From Pirellula sp. (GTDB lineage Bacteria; Planctomycetota; Planctomycetia; Pirellulales; Pirellulaceae), in the NCBI GenBank assembly GCA_031412875.1, contig JANODW010000308.1:1-41628 (forward strand): a DNA stretch of 41,628 nucleotides, written 5' to 3'. Made by a program: the position numbers and the translations under genes. Every line of letters starts with the position of its first letter. Positions within the stretch are counted from its first letter, which is position 1. This document shows, in pieces, positions 35,485 through 41,628 of the stretch. Under the pieces are notes generated by a model. It did not search any database, was not told the origin of the DNA, and worked only from the letters and a program-made list of their open reading frames with translations.

Positions 35485-38400
35485 GTGGAGCCAATTCGCA
35501 CCTTGTCATTGCGAGGTGCCAAGCAGCACAATTTAAAAGGGTTCGATCTCGATTTGGTCCTTGGGCAACTCACTGTCATCTGTGGCGTGAGCGGTAGCGG
35601 CAAGACCTCGCTGGCGTTGAATACGCTATACGCAGAAGGGCAACGGAGGTACATCGAAAGCTTTTCTGCCTATACGCGTCAATTCTTGGCACGCATCGAA
35701 AAACCTTCGTTTGACTCATTGACGAATCTGCCTCCGTCCATTGCGAGCACACGCGAACTTCGGACCCGAAACAACCGAAGCACAGTGGGCACGGTCAGCG
35801 AAATCCTGGAGTATCTCCGAGTTTCTTTTTCCAATCGGAGCGAACTGCGGTGCTACCAGTGCAATCGTCCCGTTGCACCGCACAGCCCTCGCACCGTCTG
35901 CGATTCGCTCGCTCGCTTGGAGCAAAGTCGCGCTCTGGTGTGCTTCGAAATCCAGTGGCAGACCAAAAGCGAATTGTCCGAAATCCTATTCGATCTACAG
36001 ACGTCCGGCTTTATTCGTTTGATGGCAAACGGGCAGTTCATCCACTTGGCAGAAGACGATCGCACAAAAACAGCAAGCGATTTTGGCGACGCCTCGCATG
36101 CGTACGTGGTGGTCGATCGACTAAATGTGGGAGTGGGTCAAGACAGCAGTCGTTTGATGCAGTCGATGGAAACGGCGTTTGAACATGCGGATGAAGGCGA
36201 TGGTCGCGGCGTCATGGTATTGGTCCAAACATTGGACGTCAAAAGTCGAATCGAGGAGAGGACGGCTTCGCACGATAGCCACTTGGACCAAATCGAGATC
36301 GAGGGCCAACAGTATGAAGTCCACCGGTTTTCGAGTTTGCTCCGATGCCAATATTGCAAGATCGATTATCCCGCGAGCGAACCGCGACTTTTCAATTTCA
36401 ATAGCCCTATTGGCGCTTGCGCCACGTGTGAGGGTTTCGGTGAAGTCGTAGCGATCGACATGAAGAAAGTGGTGCCTGACGATTCCTTGAGTTTGAATGC
36501 AGGTGCGATCGCGGTCTGGCGTACGCCGGCTTATAGCCATGAATTGGACGAACTGCGGCGCATCGCAGACGCGTTCCGAGTCCCCATGGATGTACCGGTA
36601 TCAAAATTGACAGCCAAGCAATGGCGCGTGATCACCGAAGGTGTACCCGAGCGAAAGTTTGGGGGCCTCAATGGCTTTTTCGCTTGGTTAGAACGCAAGA
36701 AATACAAGATGCATGTCCGGGTTTTCTTGGCGAGGTGGAGAACGTATTCGCTTTGCCCAAGTTGCAAAGGAATGCGACTCAACCCCGGAGCCTTGGCCTA
36801 CAAACTTTTCGACCGATCCTTCGCGGAGTTATGCGACCTTTCCATCGACATACTGAGCTCACTGATCAACGAGCGGATGAATGCAACATCGGATACCGAG
36901 GCGATGGCGTGGAAATTGGACCGAGCCACCCACGCATCAACATCCAACGATCCTCCCCGCTTTATGCTTGCCGGCGAAGCGAGGGCGAGCTACGCGGCCT
37001 CGGAACCCGAACGGCAGTTGTCCGCCCGATTGGAGTATCTGCGGTCCGTGGGATTGGGATATCTTTGCCTCGCCCGGCCCACGCATACCTTGAGCAGCGG
37101 CGAAGCGCAACGCGTCATGATGACAACGCTCTTGGGCTCTAGCTTGGTGGACATGCTGTATGTTTTCGACGAGCCGACCGTCGGTTTGCATCCCCAAGAC
37201 ACCGAGCGGATTGCTCATGCGATTCTAGGGCTTCGCGATCGAGGCAATACCGTCGTTTTGGTGGAGCATGAACCCCATTTGATGCTGATCGCAGATCGCA
37301 TCTTGGAAATAGGTCCCAATGCGGGCGAGCACGGTGGCGAAATTGTGTTCGACGGAACGCCTCACGAATTGGTTCAGAGCAATAGCGTGACCGGGGATTT
37401 CCTAAGCGGCCGCCGCAACTCGCAGCGAACGCCCAGAACCGTTGGAAAAGTCGATCATGTTAGACATGCTGGACTTGCTGGACATGCTGGACTTACTGAA
37501 CAGAACTGGATCGGACTGCAGGGAGCAACAGGTCGCAATCTTCGGGTGGAACAACTTCGCATCCCTTTGAATTGTTTGACCGTCGTCATCGGTCCCAGCG
37601 GTTCGGGCAAGAGCTCATTGATTTTGGATACGCTTTGCCCAGCGTTGGAAGGCTTTTTCGATGAGCCCTCTGGGGAGGGATTGCCCTTGGAAAGTCTATA
37701 CGGTGTCGAGCGAATCGCGGGTTGTTTGGCGATCGATCAAAGTCCTATCCCGCGATCGTTGCGAAGCAGTCCGGTAACGTATTCGAAAGCCCTCGATGAC
37801 ATTCGCCAAGCGTATGCAGAAACTCCGGAAGCGAAGGCCCGGCATTTCGAAATCGGCCACTTCAGTTTCAATAGTGAGTTGGGTCGCTGCCCGACCTGCG
37901 AGGGCCTCGGGTTCATCACAGTGGAAATGCAGTTCATGGCCGACGTCCAGTTGCTGTGCACCGATTGCGATGGCAAGCGTTTTCGGGCGGAGGTCTTGGA
38001 AGTGCGCTGGCGAGACAGGAACATCGCGGAGGTTTTAACGATGTCCGTTGAGAGAGCCCATGCGTTTTTTCGAGGCAATGCAAAAGTACAGGAAAAGTTG
38101 CGGCCTCTGATGAAAATCGGGTTGGGCTATCTTCCCTTAGGGCAGAGTTTATCGAGTTTGTCTGCTGGAGAATCGATGCGACTTAAATTGGCCAGCCAGC
38201 TCGATTTCAAAAAACGTGAGGTCGATAGCCACCCGTCCAAGGGAAAGTTGATTGTCCTGGACGAACCGACCACCGGATTGCACTTCAGCGATGTAGAAAA
38301 ACTGTTGCAGTGCATCGATTCAATTATCGATGCAGGAAACAGTGTATTGGTGATCGAGCACAATCAGCAGATGATTTGCGCGGCGGATCACTTGATTGAG

Positions 38401-38532
38401 TTAGGACCGGGGGCCGGACCAGACGGAGGTTCCATCATCGCAGAAGGGACCGTTGATCAGGTGCTGAGAAATCCCGCGTCGGTCACCGGTCGTTTTCTCA
38501 GTGGGCCCAAATTCGCAACCGAAACATTCTGA
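35485..38532 (+). CDS. uvrA: Excinuclease ABC subunit A (UvrA), divergent paralog
   Basis: RGAKQHNLK, GVSGSGKTSLA, YAEGQRRYIES, RSTVGT, FNFNSPIGACATCEG, several CxxC zinc pairs, second Walker A GPSGSGKS and two DEPT boxes. AGAGGA RBS; the start may be 35464, 35482 or 35485. Confidence 0.95.
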   Translation: MEPIRTLSLRGAKQHNLKGFDLDLVLGQLTVICGVSGSGKTSLALNTLYAEGQRRYIESFSAYTRQFLARIEKPSFDSLTNLPPSIASTRELRTRNNRSTVGTVSEILEYLRVSFSNRSELRCYQCNRPVAPHSPRTVCDSLARLEQSRALVCFEIQWQTKSELSEILFDLQTSGFIRLMANGQFIHLAEDDRTKTASDFGDASHAYVVVDRLNVGVGQDSSRLMQSMETAFEHADEGDGRGVMVLVQTLDVKSRIEERTASHDSHLDQIEIEGQQYEVHRFSSLLRCQYCKIDYPASEPRLFNFNSPIGACATCEGFGEVVAIDMKKVVPDDSLSLNAGAIAVWRTPAYSHELDELRRIADAFRVPMDVPVSKLTAKQWRVITEGVPERKFGGLNGFFAWLERKKYKMHVRVFLARWRTYSLCPSCKGMRLNPGALAYKLFDRSFAELCDLSIDILSSLINERMNATSDTEAMAWKLDRATHASTSNDPPRFMLAGEARASYAASEPERQLSARLEYLRSVGLGYLCLARPTHTLSSGEAQRVMMTTLLGSSLVDMLYVFDEPTVGLHPQDTERIAHAILGLRDRGNTVVLVEHEPHLMLIADRILEIGPNAGEHGGEIVFDGTPHELVQSNSVTGDFLSGRRNSQRTPRTVGKVDHVRHAGLAGHAGLTEQNWIGLQGATGRNLRVEQLRIPLNCLTVVIGPSGSGKSSLILDTLCPALEGFFDEPSGEGLPLESLYGVERIAGCLAIDQSPIPRSLRSSPVTYSKALDDIRQAYAETPEAKARHFEIGHFSFNSELGRCPTCEGLGFITVEMQFMADVQLLCTDCDGKRFRAEVLEVRWRDRNIAEVLTMSVERAHAFFRGNAKVQEKLRPLMKIGLGYLPLGQSLSSLSAGESMRLKLASQLDFKKREVDSHPSKGKLIVLDEPTTGLHFSDVEKLLQCIDSIIDAGNSVLVIEHNQQMICAADHLIELGPGAGPDGGSIIAEGTVDQVLRNPASVTGRFLSGPKFATETF

Positions 38533-38551
38533 TCTGGCTCGCAATCGGCGA

Positions 38552-40117
38552 TCACGGCCCTGTGTCGAATGGACTGCTGGTGGGTTCAGAGGAGCTATCA
38601 CCGAACGGATTCCCTTCGGTGTCGGATTCGGCAGGTTTCTTCTTTTCATCGTCTGGGTTGGTTGTCGCCGGGGGAGCGACCGCTTCGCTCTTTGCGAAGT
38701 CGACCGAGAACGTCGGGACAGTAGCGTCCGCCTCTCGCAAGCACGACACTTGGCCTTGATTGGTGACGAAAAACAAGCGATCCGAAATGGAATTTGGGAT
38801 AACGCTTGGCACGACCGTGTTGGTGCGAATCGCTTCGAGCCCGGTTGCCAGGTCGATGGCGACCAGAGTATTCCGCGAGTCCTTCACGTAGATGTTCTTC
38901 TGGCCGACAGCGATCAAATTTTTGATGTTCGAAGGCTGATGCCCCCAAACGTCAGACCCATCGGCAATGCGAAGTGCGAAGAGAAATCCTTCATCGCTAA
39001 CTAAAAATGCGAGCTCTCGGTTAACGATTGGCGATTGGGAGATCTGCACGGCCAACCTTGATTTCCAAAGGAGCGATCCTTCGCGGGCCTTGGAACAATG
39101 CATCACGGTCCCGTTTCTGGTGGTCGCGATAAAACCGTCTTGCGTTGTCACAGCGGCGCTTGCCATCGTTTCGTCGACGCTCACAGAGGCCCATAGTCGA
39201 GGAATACTGTCTGCCTTTTTGTTGCTGTTCTCCGCCGCAGTTTTTTCCATACGAGCCAAGACCAGTTTGTTTCCAGTTGGCCAAGCGAGGAATTGAAGGT
39301 CAGCAGAGAGGGTGGTTCCCAAACGGTTTTCGATACCGCTACGAATGATTGCCGGGGCGATGACCTGGCTTTTGATGTCGTACGAAACCAGTCGGCCATC
39401 GACCGACGGGACAACTGCTTTTCCGAGCACGACCGCCGGGGCAGAGGTTGGTGTATAAGCGAGTTTTCTTGTCATGACGGAATTGCCTGTTGTCAATTCA
39501 TAGACGAACAGGTCATTCCCATTGGTTACCGCAACGTACTCGTCGGAGACGCCTGGCCCAAACATAGGCAAGGTCGACCGGCCCACTTCCGTCCTCCAAA
39601 GAACAGCACCGGTTTCGGCGTCCATGGTTTCGAGGATGCCGTTGGACGTCAGCGAGACAGCATAGACAAGCCGTTGGCTATAGGGCTCCAACTCGACGGT
39701 CCGCCCCAGCGTTTTGTAGGTGGCGACCAGTTTGTTTGCTCGCGCCATGGCTCCCTCGAGTCCGATGGTCGGGGTTTTCTCGATCCTTCCGCCGCTAGAA
39801 ACCGTCGCCTCGATGGCTTTTAGATCGATCTCGCTTCCTTGGATGCGTTCGATGATTTGATTGCCGCTGCGAATCGAAACGTACTCGCGCTTTTCAAATG
39901 TGTGCGGCCAAACCACAAAGCTTTTTGGACCGTTGGCCAAGGGAGCGCCGCCGATATTGGCTTGCCAATGGGTTACCAGCCCGACCGATGCGATGCCTCC
40001 ATAATCCGCCCCAGAATCCGCCTCCAACCGAGAATGCGAAACCAGCATTTGGGAAGCGAGAACAACGCTCGTCAATAAAACGAAGCGAAGGAGACGAACT
40101 AGGTTTAAGGATTTCAT
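38552..40117 (-). CDS. Secreted PQQ-binding-like / BamB-like beta-propeller protein
   Basis: Repeats such as MDAETGAVLW, YELTTGN, LRIADGSDVW and IDLATGLE; signal peptide MKSLNLVRLLRFVLLTSVVLA. Start placed at the ATG at 40117. Confidence 0.82.
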   Translation of the reverse strand: MKSLNLVRLLRFVLLTSVVLASQMLVSHSRLEADSGADYGGIASVGLVTHWQANIGGAPLANGPKSFVVWPHTFEKREYVSIRSGNQIIERIQGSEIDLKAIEATVSSGGRIEKTPTIGLEGAMARANKLVATYKTLGRTVELEPYSQRLVYAVSLTSNGILETMDAETGAVLWRTEVGRSTLPMFGPGVSDEYVAVTNGNDLFVYELTTGNSVMTRKLAYTPTSAPAVVLGKAVVPSVDGRLVSYDIKSQVIAPAIIRSGIENRLGTTLSADLQFLAWPTGNKLVLARMEKTAAENSNKKADSIPRLWASVSVDETMASAAVTTQDGFIATTRNGTVMHCSKAREGSLLWKSRLAVQISQSPIVNRELAFLVSDEGFLFALRIADGSDVWGHQPSNIKNLIAVGQKNIYVKDSRNTLVAIDLATGLEAIRTNTVVPSVIPNSISDRLFFVTNQGQVSCLREADATVPTFSVDFAKSEAVAPPATTNPDDEKKKPAESDTEGNPFGDSSSEPTSSPFDTGP

Positions 40118-40467
40118 GAAATGCGCTCGTTGATAACAAGAAGTGTCCAGGATCGAATAGTAATTCAAGACGGAGGAACTTGCGAGCAAGAAATCGGTTT
40201 TCGACCCTCTCGAACGGGCCAATGGAACATTCGTTAAATCAGGCACAATCGGACACGTTCTACAAGCGAGTGACAACGGCTAGGAAAAGTTCCGCGATTG
40301 CGCAAATGTTTAGGGGATTTTGCCAAGAGCTTCAGGAGAATGTTTGACGGCTGTGCTGTTGGGATTTAGGATGCTAGGAGCGGTGTGGGGCAAACTGCAG
40401 CACTCTGGACCCCGTCCGCCCCATCACGCTTCCAATCGTTACGTCTCTTCTGTGTTTTGAGGTATTT

Positions 40468-41628
40468 ATGGCTCGCGATCGCAACGTCTATGTTTGGCAA
40501 GCCTACGTCACCGTAATGTCGATTGTCAGCTTCGCCTGTCTCGGAGCGCTCGCATTTGTACTGTTTTCATCCGGAACAAACGAAAAGGCGGTCCTTGCTG
40601 CCGTCGAAAAAGAACAAAAAGCTCAGACTTCATTGCGAGAAGAAAACAATCGCAAGCAGATTTTGCAAGCCATGCTCGGCGTTGGGAAACCCCAGACGCA
40701 AGCGGAGTTCGAATCCATGGTCAGCCAAGTTGCCAACGATGAGGAACTCAAAACCGCGATCAAAAAGTACAACGACAACATGGCGCTGATGGGAACCAAT
40801 GCGTCAGACAGAAACTACACCAATCTGGTGGACATTCTTGTGCAAGAGCTTCGAGCAAGGAACATGCAAATGGCTTCCGCCGGCCAACGCGAATTGGTGC
40901 TGAAGGACGAGTTTGATTCCAAGCTGGCACAGGAAACCAAAACACGAGAATTGGCGAAGCTTTTCGCTGACGAAATGTCCAACAAGCGAGAAAAGGAATT
41001 GGTTGAATACACGGAAAAGATCAAAGCCCAAGAGGATCGAATCACCAAGATCGAGCAAGACAAAATGAACTCGATCAAACAATTGACCAAGAAAAACGCG
41101 GACATCGCAGCGACCTACGAGCAAGCCAAAGAAAAGATCGGGAAAATGGAAGTTCAGCTCGCTGCCCTCTCGAGCAAATTGAATGACATCCAAGGCCAAG
41201 ATTTCCAATATGTTCAAGGAAAAGTGGTAAATATCCACAGCGGAGCCGAAGGAGACTTGGTGTACATCAGCCTCGGAAAAGCTCACAACCTCAAGCCCGG
41301 CGTCAAATTCGGGGTCATTGGATCCGACGTAAGCCGAGTCGCCGATGCAAAGCCGAAAGCGACGATCGAAGTCATGCGAGTTATTGAGCAAAATCTTTCG
41401 ATCTGCAAAGTCGTTTCCAGCAAAGCTTCCATTATTCTCACTGGCGACTCTATCTATTCGCCTGCATGGCAGCCGAACAAGAAAGTGGAATTCGCCCTAG
41501 TTGGCAAAATGGACCTCAATGGCGACGGATCGGATGACCGAAACGCCGTGAAAGCGTTGATCGAACAAAGCGGCGGGCTTGTTACCGCCGACTTGACTCC
41601 CGACGGAAACCTAAGTGGCCAACTGAGC
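40468..41628 (+). CDS. Partial (3'-truncated) membrane-anchored coiled-coil protein with C-terminal beta domain and possible BRCT-like domain (absent from the ORF track)
   Basis: GAGG RBS and ATG at 40468, open to the window end. MARDRNVYVWQAYVTVMSIVSFACLGALAFVLF (TM), then a long E/K-rich heptad region, GKVVNI...VYISLGKAHNLKPGVKF and FALVGKMDLNGDGSDDRNAVKALIEQSGG. Confidence 0.85.
   Translation, partial: MARDRNVYVWQAYVTVMSIVSFACLGALAFVLFSSGTNEKAVLAAVEKEQKAQTSLREENNRKQILQAMLGVGKPQTQAEFESMVSQVANDEELKTAIKKYNDNMALMGTNASDRNYTNLVDILVQELRARNMQMASAGQRELVLKDEFDSKLAQETKTRELAKLFADEMSNKREKELVEYTEKIKAQEDRITKIEQDKMNSIKQLTKKNADIAATYEQAKEKIGKMEVQLAALSSKLNDIQGQDFQYVQGKVVNIHSGAEGDLVYISLGKAHNLKPGVKFGVIGSDVSRVADAKPKATIEVMRVIEQNLSICKVVSSKASIILTGDSIYSPAWQPNKKVEFALVGKMDLNGDGSDDRNAVKALIEQSGGLVTADLTPDGNLSGQLS

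Noticed and set aside
40379-40431. Possible structured leader (gcggtgtggggc...gccccatcacgc) upstream of the last ORF
   Set aside because: Short, bulged GC-rich stem with no recognisable riboswitch motif; could arise by chance.
1-41628. Prophage, integron, defence island, tRNA or rRNA genes
   Set aside because: No integrase, transposase, phage or defence gene motifs, and no tRNA/rRNA-like sequence recognised by eye.

Overview
Gene-dense chromosomal window, most likely from a Planctomycete of the Pirellulaceae type. That assignment is inferred from the PVC-type CxxCH multidomain proteins, a BBP7-like barrel and several lineage-typical hypothetical proteins. Recognisable genes are an Xaa-Pro peptidase, astA, mnmG, an FAD oxidoreductase, a rhomboid protease, a histidine kinase, two secreted amidohydrolase-family proteins, queC, ispD, an ABC ATPase, a P-II protein, GT10 and GT2 glycosyltransferases, two large heme-c/beta-propeller proteins, otnK, a GH2 hydrolase, a uvrA paralog and a PQQ/BamB-like propeller. 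I found no rRNA, tRNA, CRISPR array or transposase. The most unusual items are: (1) an intact stand-alone GyrB/ParE TOPRIM gene with no ATPase half; (2) a CpaC-type secretin N-domain/BON protein that has no secretin channel and is followed by a beta-barrel gene; (3) an unannotated 36-aa membrane microprotein with a good RBS; (4) a dispersed REPIN/MITE-like element whose end overlaps a stop codon, among several other palindrome families; (5) a convergent pair of DUF1080/heme-c and heme-c/cupredoxin periplasmic proteins. All family calls come from motif recognition by eye; no database searches were run. Several start codons were moved from the ORF track to better-supported positions.
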